Positions 1-10,466 of a stretch of DNA of 64,000 nt are shown piece by piece. The position numbers and the translations under genes are program-made. Where the stretch lies: contig JAUCBJ010007776.1 in assembly GCA_032718475.1 (NCBI GenBank), forward strand, positions 47,679-111,678, read 5' to 3'. Source of the DNA: Nemertoderma westbladi. Its lineage: Eukaryota; Animalia; Xenacoelomorpha. The notes under the pieces were generated by a model, which saw only the letters and a program-made list of their open reading frames with translations, was not told where the DNA came from and searched no databases. Position 1 is the first letter of the stretch, and every line of letters begins with the position of its first letter.

Positions 1-821
1 ATTCTTTAGGAAATGCTTCGTTATCAGTCTCACTCATACACAATGCTGCACAATACTGCACACTAATCTGCCGATCTTCACTGATTTTAGTCACATATAA
101 AAGGAACACGGACCGAATCATGTAGGGTCTATCAAATAACATTAGATTCACTTCAAACCACTTTAACATAAGTCACAATCGTTATATGTAACCTTTCTCT
201 CTTACCTTCGGTATATCAAGAATATTGGGTTTCGGGGTTTTTTATCGTTATTCCAAATATAATAATTCATCAACCATATTATGAAGAACTGACAGTAAAT
301 AGCAGTATAACAATATAAAAGTATGCACAGGTATGTTTGATTAGGTATGTTGAGTTGCATGAGTTGTGACAATCAGTCAGTTTTGTTATGATAACGGATA
401 TATGTCCTTATAATTAAGCCTACTAGTGTAAGGCAGAGCCGTTCTTCCTGGCTTAGAATCACCAACACTGAACACTGATAAGAATAACTATAAGAATACC
501 AGCTACCCTTATTCTACAAGATCTCACTCACCACAGAGAATGAGCATACAGATAGGAAATTCAGTTCAGTAGATCTGTGATAGGTCAAAATCAAAACCAA
601 CTCAAATCCTATTGGCAGATACAGAAAGCAGGGCTATGGGGCAACCTTCCCAAGCTGGTTGGACGATCGAACATAGCCCAGATCCCTTCATACAGCAAAT
701 CAGCCAATCAGCCGGTAGCTTGCACTATTCGAGCTAGAGATCCCTTTTAGAGTATTCCAGCGCCTTGGGGGGAACTGGTTAGCAAAGCAAACGAATCAGT
801 TATCCCACAAAAGCTTTTACA

Positions 822-1284
822 CAATGTTACAGTAACCAATGTTACAGTAACCAATGTTACAGTAACCAATGTTACAGTAACCAATGTTACAGTAACCAAT
901 GTTACAGTAACCAATGTTACAGTAACCAATGTTACAGTAACCAATGTTACAGTACAGTAACCAATGTTACAGTAACCAATGTTACAGTAACCAATGTTAC
1001 AGTAACCAATGTTACAGTAACCAATGTTACAGTAACCAATGTTACAGTAACCAATGTTACAGTAACCAATGTTACAGTAACCAATGTTACAGTAACCAAT
1101 GTTACAGTAACCAATGTTACAGTAACCAATGTTACAGTAACCAATGTTACAGTAACCAATGTTACAGTAACCAATGTTACAGTAACCAATGTTACAGTAA
1201 CCAATGTTACAGTAACCAATGTTACAGTAACCAATGTTACAGTAACCAATGTTACAATAACCAATGTTACAGTAACCAATGTTA
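822..1284. repeat. 15-bp minisatellite (CCAATGTTACAGTAA)n, ~30 copies
   Basis: Direct reading shows near-perfect units, one 5-bp slippage at ~951-955 and one substitution at ~1257. The unit contains the interrupted palindrome GTTAC-A-GTAAC and a CCAAT. Confidence 0.98.
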
Positions 1285-1433
1285 AATATTTGAATACAGT
1301 GTTATTATTGTTGTTGAAACAAAATTAGTTTATTTAATAAATTTGTATTTTTTATGAATTTGTAAGAATAAATATTGAAATTGAAGGTGGGATCGAAGTA
1401 TTGAACTATTATTGATAGTCTTTAATTTGTTAA

Positions 1434-1493
1434 TATGCGGTAGAACTGATAGTTTTATGTTACTATGCGGTAGAACTGATAGTTTTATGTTAC
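1434..1493. repeat. 30-bp tandem duplication (TATGCGGTAGAACTGATAGTTTTATGTTAC x2)
   Basis: Two adjacent identical copies seen directly. Confidence 0.9.
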
Positions 1494-1690
1494 GGAATTT
1501 AATTGCTAATATTGTAGATCCACGTTTACTAAATTAATTTGCCTCTTTGTTTTCGTTTTGTAAATTTTACCAATATTGTTAGACTATTTCTAAGTAAATA
1601 ATAGTAAATTACTGCTTATATTATGTCATATTTCAGAAGGTATCACAATAAATATATTATTTAAAATAATTTATAAGTTTTATTGTTAAA

Positions 1691-3877
1691 CTTTCAGTGA
1701 TCCTCCCATTGGCATATTCTCTTTGAGAGATCCTTCCATTGGCCCATTCTCTTTAAGTGATCCTTCCATTGGCCTATTCTCTTTGAGCGATCCTCCCATT
1801 GGCCCATTCTCTTTAAGCGATCCTCCCATTAGCCCATTCTCTTTGAGCGATCCTCCCATTGGCATATTCTCTATGAGCGATCCTCCCATTCGCATATTCT
1901 CTTTGAGTGATCCTCCCATTAGCCCATTCTCTTTGAGAGATCCTTCCATTGGCCCATTCTCTTTAAGCGATCCTTCCATTGGCCCATTCTCTTTAAGCGA
2001 TCCTCCCATTAGCCCATTCTCTTTGAGCGATCCTCCCATTGGCATATTCTCTATGAGCAATCCTCCCATTCGCATATTCTCTTTAAGCGATCCTCCCATT
2101 AGCCCATTCTCTTTGAGCGATCCTCCCATTGGCCCATTCTCTTTGAGCGATCCTCCCATTGGCCCATTCTCTTTAAGCGATCCTTCAATTGGCCCATTCT
2201 CTTTGAGCGATCCTCCCATTGGCCCATTCTCTTTGAGCGATCCTCCCATTGGCCCATTCTCTTTAAGCGATCCTTCCATTGGCCCATTCTCTTTGAGCGA
2301 TCCTCCCATTGGCCCATTCTCTTTGAGCGATCCTCCCATTGGCCCATTCTCTTTAAGCGATCCTTCCATTGGCCCATTCTCTTTGAGCGATCCTCCCATT
2401 GGCCCATTCTCTTTGAGCGATCCTCCCATTGGCCCATTCTCTTTAAGCAATCCTCCCATTGGCCCATTCTCTTTGAGCGATCCTCCCATTGGCCCATTCT
2501 CTTTGAGCGATCCTCCCATTGGCCCATTCTCCTTGAGCGATCCTCCCATTGGCATATTCTCTTTAAGCGATCCTCCCATTGGCCCATTCTCTTTGAGCGA
2601 TCCTCCCATTGGCCTATTCTCTTTGAGCGATTCTCCCATTGGCCCATTCTCTTTAAGCGATCCCCCCATTGGCCCATTCTCTTTGAGCGATCCTCCCATT
2701 AGCCCATTATCTTTGAGCGATCCTCCCATTGGCCCATTCTCTTTGAGCGATTCTCCCATTGGCATATTCTCTTTAAGCGATACTCCCATTGGCCCATTCT
2801 CTTTGAGCGATCCTCCCATTGGCCCATTCTCTTTGAGCGATTCTCCCATTGGCATATTCTCTTTAAGCGATCCTCCCATTGGTCCATTCTCTTCGAGCGA
2901 TCCTCCCATTAGCCCATTCTCTTTAAGCAATCCTACCATTGGCATATTCTCTTTGAGCTATCCTCCCATTGGCCCAATCTCTTTGAGCGATTCTCCCATT
3001 GGCCCATTCTCTTTAAGCGATCCCCCCATTGGCCCATTCTCTTTGAGCGATCCTCCCATTGGCCCATTCTCTTTAAGCGATCCTCCCATTGGCCCATTCT
3101 CTTTGAGCGATCCTCCCATTGGCCCATTCTCCTTGAGTGATCCTCCCATTGGCATATTCTCTTTGAGTGATCCACGCATTGGCATATTCTCTTTGAGCGA
3201 TCCTCCCATTGGCCCATTCTCTTTGAGCGATCCTCCCATTGGCCTATTCTCTTTTAGCGATCCTCCCATTGGCCCATTCTCTTTGAGCGATCCTCCCATT
3301 GGCCTATTCTGTTTGAGTGATCCTCCCATTGGCCTATTCTCTTTGAGCGATCCTCCCATTGGCCCATTCTCTTTGAGCGATCCTTCCATTGGCCCATTCT
3401 CTTTAAGCGATCCTCCCATTGGCCTATTCTCTTTGAGCTATTCTCCCATTGGCCCATTCTCTTTAAGCAATCCTCCCATTGGCCCATTCTCTTTGAGCGA
3501 TCCTCCCATTGGCCCATTCTCTTTGAGCGATCCTCCCATTGGCCCATTCTCTTTGAGTGATCCTCCCATTAGCCCATTCTCTTTGAGCGATCCTCCCATT
3601 GGCATATTCTCTTTGAGTGATCCTCGCATTGGCATATTCTCTTTGAGTGATCCTCCCATTAGCCCATTCTCTTTGAGCGATCCTCCCATTGGCATATTCT
3701 CTTTGAGTGATCCTCGCATTGGCATATTCTCTTTGAGCGATCCTCCCATTGGCCCATTCTCCTTGAGCGATCCTCCCATTGGCATATTCTCTTTAAGCGA
3801 TCCTCCCATTGGCCCATTCTCTTTGAGCGATCCTCCCATTGGCCTATTCTCTTTGAGCGATCCTCCCATTGGCCCAT
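1691..3877. repeat. 30-bp minisatellite (GGCCCATTCTCTTTGAGCGATCCTCCCATT)n, ~73 copies
   Basis: Strict 30-bp period with no indels and recurrent substitution variants (TTTG/TTTA, CCCA/CATA/CCTA, GCGA/GTGA). Confidence 0.98.
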
Positions 3878-4157
3878 CACCACGATAGCGCAGGCACTGC
3901 CGATCTGGTTACGAAGGAAGTGGAGAAAAATCGCTTTCTCCACACGGGAAAAGAAGGGTGCGGAACTGGGCCTAGAAGAGATGTCGAGCTTCCTCAACTA
4001 CGAAGCCGAATTAATAACAGATCCAGTCTATAGCGAGGATAGTTTGGGGAAGGCGCCAACGATTGAATACAACAGGCCTAAACCCGAACATAATCCGACA
4101 GACCCATTCTCGGGAGTGGGAGTCACTACCACATGCGGCCACACAGGGGACTGCTAG
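3876..4157 (+). pseudogene. BEL/Pao gag fragment (not in the ORF track; no start codon)
   Basis: Manual translation from 3876 gives ITTIAQALPIWLRRKWRKIAFSTREKKGAELGLEEMSSFLNYEAELITDPVYS. This resembles the LPxWLxxKW...FxxxEAxxxxDPV(F/Y)S motif of BEL/Pao Gag. Stop TAG at 4155-4157. Confidence 0.75.
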
Positions 4158-4755
4158 TCCACAGTTAGCTGGTAGTAGGGCCACACTGTGGCAGGTACAG
4201 AAAGAAAATAACACCACAAATAAACATAATCCCAACATACCCAGTAGGCCGAGTCTAGACAACCAAAACACTAAATCGGTACATATAAACCTACGCACGA
4301 TATGTGAAGGACTATACAGGGAACTCTATAATCCAGGATTCGAATGTCAATTACATCGGGACGGAACACATAAGACCATGAGTTGTAAGCACTGGCAAGC
4401 GTTGCCCAAACAAGATCGTATAGCCTACACAGATGCAAACGGACTATGTCATCGATGTGTGGTAGAAGGACACAGATCCGGAGAGTGTAGAGAAACAGCA
4501 GTTAGAGAGTCCGAGACTGGAGGCCAAACAATGGCTACAAGCACGACAGAAGAGGAGAAGAAGAGAAAAGTACTACTCGGGGTAGTACCAGTGAAGATAT
4601 CAGGAGAGGGCGGTCGATCAGTAACGACATTAATGCTGGTCGACAGCGGAGCAGCCTTCACGCTGGTGGAGAACTGGGTGGCCGAAGAGATAGGGCTAAA
4701 GACGAGGCCCAATAGAATGGCGGTAACTACCGTCTCCTGGGGCGGAGCAGGATAG
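4063..4755 (+). pseudogene. BEL/Pao Gag zinc knuckles plus N-terminal half of aspartic protease
   Basis: CQLHRDGTHKTMSC (C-x2-H-x4-H-x4-C) and CHRCVVEGHRSGEC (C-x2-C-x4-H-x4-C), then VLLGVVPVKI...TLMLVDSGAAFTLV (retropepsin DSG). Frameshifted relative to both flanking segments. Confidence 0.85.
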
Positions 4756-4762
4756 CAGCGAT

Positions 4763-5584
4763 TATGGGGCGACGATTGACCCCATCCACGTCATAGAATC
4801 GATAAGTATCAACGCCAGGCGACCAACCAACATTGAGGTCGAACAATATAGATTCCTGGACGGTATCGATTTTTCAATACCAAAGGTGGACGTTAGGAAG
4901 GTATCCATTATAGTAGGAATGGACTGCCCAACGGCCCACGAGAGAACACAGACGGTCTTCGGCGAAGACAGGCAGCGGGACAAGACGGCGATCCTCACGC
5001 CGTTCGGATGGATGCTTAGCGGCCCAGTTAAAACCAAGATCCCATGCAGTGTGACAGAGATATCAGGGTGCATGCTACCAGGCACCGTAGACGCAGAGGA
5101 CGAAGATAAGAAACCGGAGGAGTTAGTAGAGCCAAACAGGGAAGTAGAAGTAAGAGAGTGGGCGGAGGATAATGGATTTCCCAGCAAGTATCGGTATGGG
5201 GATGGAGACGAGCGGACGGCGAGATGTCCGGAGGACAACACACCGGATGAGTGTCCGGTGGAGTGTCAGGAGGACAATAGTCCGGAGGAGTGTCCGGAGG
5301 AGTGTCCGGAAGAGACGCCGGTCCGGTTGGGAGGCATACCGACAAGGGGGAAGTCGAGAAGGAAGACAGGATGGAAAGGGATAGGACTACTATTGTACCT
5401 TCTGTTTTGCCTGTTCTTTCACTTTCTTTTCATTCTGCCGCCGGGAGATAACAAGGAGGGAGGTGGCATTTTGATGCCAGGAGACGAGATAGTTAAGAAG
5501 GCGGCAGAGAGACCCAATTTCGGGGTGGCAGAAGAGGGAGAACAAATTCCTGGTCAGTTGGAATTGGCGAAGAAAGCGTGGTGA
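4763..5584 (+). pseudogene. BEL/Pao protease C-terminal region followed by an acidic/ECPE-repeat tail and a hydrophobic segment
   Basis: The frame is open upstream of the listed 4886 start: YRFLDGIDF...VSIIVGMDCPTAHE...AILTPFGWMLSGP, the BEL LIGxD...TxxGWxxxGP pattern. It then reads ECPE repeats and GIGLLLYLLFCLFFHFLFILPP. Confidence 0.72.
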
Positions 5585-5821
5585 AGAGTAAGAGGACGTA
5601 TAGGAGGGCAGTGGGAGAGTGCCTACTGGAAGAAGGGGCACCTTAGAGTTTAGTCGTCCAATATTTTGGACTGAGGGGGGTGGGAATGAGGGCGAGACGC
5701 CCTTCCCGCAAGAAAATAATTGTTTAATTAAAAATAAATAAAAATAATTAAATAATAAATAGTTAGTAGAAGATAGTAAGGAGTTAGTAGTCAGATAGTT
5801 AGTAAGGTAGAAGAAGTAGGT

Positions 5822-6570
5822 TAGGTTAGAAGGCGCCGTGGTAAGGGAGTGTGGCATATTGCCATGCCATGAGTAGTAGTAGGGGGGTTGTGGGCACCGT
5901 AAGCGCCACGTAGAAGGAGAGTAGGTTAGAAGGCGGCGGGGTAAGGGAGTGTGGCATATTGCCATGCCACGAGTAGTAGTAGGGGGGTTGTGGGCACCGT
6001 AAGCGCCACGTAGAAGGAGAGTAGAGTTAGAAGGCGGCGGGGTAAGGGAGTGTGGCATATTGCCATGCCACGAGTAGTAGTAGGAGGGTTGTGGGCACCG
6101 GAAGCGCCACGTAGATAGAGGTAGTAGTGGAGGTGGAGAGTTAGAGGTAGTAGAGTAGTAGAGAGGGCACATAGGGTGCCAGGTAGTAGAGTAGTAGAGA
6201 GGGCACATAGGGTGCCGGGTAGTAGGGTAATAGAGAGGGCACATAGGGTGCCAGGTAGTAGAGTTAGAGGTAGTAGAGTAGTAGAGAGGGCACATGGGGT
6301 GCCAGGTAGTAGAGCTAGAGAGTTAGAGGTAGTAGCAGAGTAGAAGTAGTAGTAGAGTGGTTGTGGGCACCGCAAGCGCCACGTAGAGGGAAGTAGTAGT
6401 AGAATGGTTGTGGGCACCACAAGCGCCACGTAGATAAAGGTGGTAGCAGAGTTAGAGGTAGTAATAGGGTAAGAGTTAGTAGACTTAGAGGAGTCGAGTA
6501 GAGTTAGAAGTAGTAGCAGAGTAGAAGTAGTAGTAGAGTGGTTGTGGGCACCGCAAGCGCCACGTAGTAG
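5822..6570 (+). repeat. Compound G/A-rich tandem repeats in the retroelement 3' region (~100-bp unit x3, AGAGAGGGCACATAGGGTGCC unit x4, GGTTGTGGGCACC..AAGCGCCACGTAG module x6)
   Basis: Units start at ~5822, 5922 and 6024. Shorter modules recur to ~6570 in a (GTA/TAG/GAG)-rich background. Confidence 0.85.
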
Positions 6571-7060
6571 AAGAGTTGGTAAGAATTAGAGAGAGTTAGT
6601 AGGAGTTAGTTAGTCTTAGTAGAGCTAGTTAGAGTCGGAGAGTTAGTGGAGTAGTAAGAGAGTTAGATAGTTAGCAAGTAAGTAGTAGGTAGATAGTATG
6701 ATAGCATAGGGGTAGCATTAGAGATTAGGGCCTTAGGGAGTGGTAGAGAGTAGAGAGGAGTATGGAGAGAAGTTAGAGTGCGATTCAGGTGTGGGGAGAG
6801 AGTAAGAGTGGGGAGAGAGTAAGAGCGGAGTTAGAGTGAGAGATTAGAGTTAGAGTGGAGTGCTTTTAAAATTGTGTGAGAGTCCACAATTGGCCCGACA
6901 CAAGACGCCAGAGGGTAGTGACATCATACCCATAGGGAGCGGCCTGGAAAGCTGACTCCAAGAAAATAACTCCACCCCACACCCGATAGTAGATCGAGTT
7001 TCCAGCGGAATTGTAGCGCACTTAGTGGTTGATGCTATCTTCTCACCGGGAAGATAGCAT

Positions 7061-7069
7061 GGGGGGGAG
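7061..7069 (+). other. Polypurine tract (PPT) abutting the putative 3' LTR start (TGT at 7070)
   Basis: GGGGGGGAG|TGTGAGCG lies downstream of a BEL internal region, the usual PPT-LTR junction form for LTR retrotransposons. Confidence 0.7.
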
Positions 7070-8964
7070 TGTGAGCGTATTCAATTCCGCCTCACTAACC
7101 CCATAAAGTGGGCGTTAAGCAATATTGGGAACACGAGGTTGATTACCAATATCAACCTCGTGTCACCCCAACAAAGTGGGAAGGAGAAACCCCAAAGAAC
7201 ATACGCACAATAGGGGTCAGGGGTTACACCCCTGAGAGAGAGAGAATAGCAGGGGCGAAGGGAAGCACTTCAGGGGAGGTAAAAGGGCGACAACAGGGTT
7301 ATTAGCCAATGGGGGGAAGGCACCGTGCAATATATACTACCAGTTGTGTTAAACTAGCGCGTCACCTATACTAACAGCAGAACTGTTGAACAGACAAATA
7401 CCGGTATACTTCTCTGCCAACCTAATGAGTTCTCGCCTAACCAATAAGACACAAAGACTGCTCTACTGTTAAGTAAAGGTGATCAGGAGCGTGCTATTAC
7501 TAAAATGTAGGGCTGCTAAATACAAAACCGCTACTTACCGTTGGATGGCGCTAATCTGCCGTCCTCTAATATATTTACTAAATTTACACGGCTCCTGCAA
7601 AATCGCTTGTTCCTTTCTCTACCGATCGCTCGACAGAGAGCTAACTGTTCGAATCTATGAGCCACGTGGGAATAACCAAAACAATAAACCCGAGTCGGCT
7701 CCCTAAGCTTACTTAAGATGAGTGCGAGAGGCCTTGCACTCAGAGTATATTCTTACGCCTAATTTTACTATTGAAATACGATAATGCCTACGTCTTTTCT
7801 AATCGCGAATACTGGGGGTTCCCTAACGGAATGTGTGAATGCGAGAATATTTAAAATAATCAAAAATGGCGCAGTACACTGTCTTTGCGTGCGTAATACC
7901 GTTCTGGGTCTAAACTCGCCTGTAGCTGGCTTTAGGCCAGCAAATTACTAGTGTGTTGCGTACTGAATAATGCGATCTAGCTTATTGCCCGCTAATGCAA
8001 ATAACCGCTCAGCGTGAATAGTTTACGGTACCCTAATTATTACCTTAGCTACTCTCCGCTATGCTGCGTACTAATTCTTAATTTTACTAATCAATTACAG
8101 TCACAAATGTATAACAGCGTACTAATTACTAAGAGTTCCAGAATGCGTAATTCTAATTTATTACACAACCGGTTTCGCTAGTAATAGCCTAAAATACCGT
8201 ATTACTTTGACCTAATCAGTAATTATTTGTTGTAAACTATGAAATAGAAATCAATCAAAGGGAAAAGGGCGCCTACCTAAGCATTTGTAATCATAGGCAC
8301 ACTTCAGTAACACACCAATCAGCGTCAGCAATCACAGCTCGCAATTATGCAGTTCACTACTGTGTAGTCCACAGTTGTGCAATTCACTCTTCACACTTCA
8401 CACTATAATACGCGCAGGCCTCTCCCGGGTACATCTAGGCTTCCTAACTAACCCAATTCCTGCCCCCCTAATGCTAAAATAGAGACAAAACCTGGATCAT
8501 CAGCCCCTTAATTACTGTACCAGCGAATGGTCTGTATGCTACAGTGCAAAGCGCCCGACCGCAACGGTGACCCCCCGCCAGCGTTGCCCGCCTTTGAATC
8601 CTCCGCACTCCCTTCGTCGCTAACCCCCCGATGCGCCCACCGCCTACCGGCACCTTAGCCCTCCATTAAAATGAATAGCTACCGTAGCGGCGCATGCAAA
8701 TCACAAAGTCTGACAGTTTCAGAAAATCCCTTAGGATTATTGCGTCGAAAAGAATTACATAGAACCATTAACAAAAGGGGTAGAAATCATAGTTCCGATT
8801 GTAATTAGCAGTAATCGTTGGGATTGATTGAGAAACACAAGTGAGAATAGTAACACTAACGAATCATTCCAAGAAATTAATCAAAAGTAGAAAATTGCAG
8901 AAAATACGCACAAAATTGTACTCCTAAAATAGTAGCAGGATGGAATGCGAATGGTTGTGGTGTG

Positions 8965-9115
8965 ATGTGAATGAGACTGAGATTGTGATTGTACAGCTCT
9001 ACCGGCAAACCGCCAATTTATAGGTGATTTGAGTGGGGTGATGCAATCGCTCTCTCATTGGCTCTCCAATCCGCGCTAGCATTAGACCAACCTGGAAGCA
9101 GTTAGTCCAATAAGA
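8965..9115 (-). promoter_or_regulatory. Candidate Pol II core promoter on the minus strand (CCAAT boxes, TATAAA, Inr-like TCAGTC/TCATTC)
   Basis: Plus strand TTTATAGG at ~9017-9024 reads CCTATAAA on the minus strand. ATTGG/CCAAT occur at ~9057, 9066 and 9107, and TCAGTCTCATTC lies ~40 nt downstream on the minus strand. Motif-only evidence. Confidence 0.35.
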
Positions 9116-9459
9116 AAGCCGGATTGTAGCCCTATTGCCCCCAAAACCCACAAAACGTCACCATATAAGGTAATTTTGCCAGTGCTTAATTTAGCGGTAC
9201 TAATAACATGATGCACAAACATTAATTTAGCGCAATTATAGAAAATTAAGACCCGTGATAGCTAGCCCCATCAAGGCTAATAACAGCAAGCCCATATCCA
9301 GGGTCCAACTGAACTTGCTACCCTGGAACTATCTACTTATATCCTATTACAAAATTACATAGGTAGGGCTACATACTATACAAAATGGATGAATTCAAAT
9401 ATATGGGCGTTTCAATTTCCTTATCTAAATGTCACTGCGCTATTATGTCTTATCTAAAT

Positions 9460-9620
9460 AATTGTACTGCATAACGGACTAATATGTGATACTATATAAT
9501 GGACTAATATATTATACTGTATAATGGACCAATATATTATACTGTATAATGGCTAATAATGTGTACTGCATAATAACTAATATCATGTATACAGTACAAC
9601 GGCTAATAATGTGGATACAG
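9460..9620. repeat. Degenerate ~25-bp tandem repeat (GGACTAATATATTATACTGTATAAT-like), ~6 copies
   Basis: GGAC(T/C)AATAT/GGCTAATAAT recur at 9476, 9501, 9526, 9551 and 9601. Confidence 0.75.
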
Positions 9621-9913
9621 CGCCATATACCGTAACAAGTTGTGTATCATTCATTCAGTTATCTCATTCTGTTAGTCGGTTTAGTTAGGGCAGAGCGGTG
9701 ACTTCTAATACCATCCACTGCCGCCATCATTCACCTATATCTTATACTGTAATAATTCAATGCTGCAATAACTGTTAACTGCAATAACTGTTGTAATTAT
9801 ATTATATCGTCAACAATATTAGAACTCTTAATCTGATAAACCCTTTTCACTCACACGGCGGGGACGCGTAATTGGAACAACCGGATAAATCGGGGTCGAC
9901 CAATCCCGTCACA

Positions 9914-10466
9914 GCATCTGTTTGCAGTGGTTGTCATGGAAACTGAAAAATAGAACAATGTAATTCGGATGCAGAATAAGTCATATAGTGGGGGTAGGGG
10001 TTAGTCCCAAGTCATAATACTATTAACTTGTGCTTCAAATTATCATTTTATAAATTTTAACATCTGTTTAGACTTGTTGCTATGGTAACTGTATTTTCTA
10101 ATTAACCTCAAACGGCTTGGATATGGATCTTATAGATGAGTTGCAAAACCCCAAGTTTATATATATTACAGTTTTGCTACAAATAGAGTTATCAATATAG
10201 ATTTGAATGATATAGAGTTTAATAAACTACAGTTACCATGGTAACTAAATTTCTGGAATAATTTAAGTTTCACTAAAAGTTCCAACTAGTGGTCCAGATA
10301 ACACATACCCAGTTTTGTAAAATTTTATCGTGAATAATCGAAGAATATGTTTTGAATAAAAACATATGTTTTCAGCGGTTGTCATGGTAACTGAAAAATA
10401 GAACAATGTAATTCGGATGCAGAATAAGTTATAAAGTGGGGGTAGGGGTTGGTCCCAAGTCGTAAC
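9914..10466. repeat. X-box-rich dispersed repeat, copy homologous to 12723-13286
   Basis: Colinear similarity to 12723-13286 (GCATCTGTTTGCAGTGGTTGTCATGGAAACTGAAAAATAGAACAATGTAATTCGGATGCAGAATAAG...), with an internal ~450-bp repetition. Confidence 0.88.

Larger units (their letters stand above)
3876..7069 (+). mobile_element. 5'-truncated, decayed BEL/Pao-type LTR retrotransposon internal region (gag-protease only; no RT/RNaseH/integrase visible)
   Basis: BEL-type gag motif, two Zn knuckles, DSG protease and IVGMD...TPFGWMLSGP motif occur in colinear order across three frames. The region ends in polypurine tract GGGGGGGAG followed by TGT at 7070. Confidence 0.82.
7070..9913. mobile_element. 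LTR-like non-coding segment bounded by TGTGA...TCACA (one long LTR or two abutting LTR pieces)
   Basis: Starts TGTGAG after the PPT. Ends GTCACA at 9913, exactly where homology to the X-box repeat (cf. 12723) begins. No second copy in the window to confirm it. Confidence 0.4.

Noticed and set aside
427-821. Possible solo LTR (TGTAAGGC...GCTTTTACA, CCAAT motifs)
   Set aside because: No target-site duplication and no second copy in the window; evidence too weak.
747-1285. ORFs of (VTVTL)n and (YSNQC)n
   Set aside because: Translations of a 15-bp minisatellite. The unit is a multiple of 3, so open frames arise trivially on both strands.
1686-3997. Long ORFs (721 aa SDPPIGPFSL repeats; 419 aa GGSLKENGPM repeats)
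   Set aside because: A 30-bp tandem unit is open in several frames on both strands, with no unique domain, signal peptide or codon-position bias evident in the variants.
5390-6429. Minus-strand ORFs of 301 aa and 167 aa
   Set aside because: Antisense readings of the C-poor repeat region; low complexity, no domain motifs.
8480-8660. GC-rich patch with GCGAATGG resembling an HDV ribozyme 3' end
   Set aside because: Could not build the P1/P2/P3 pairings upstream.
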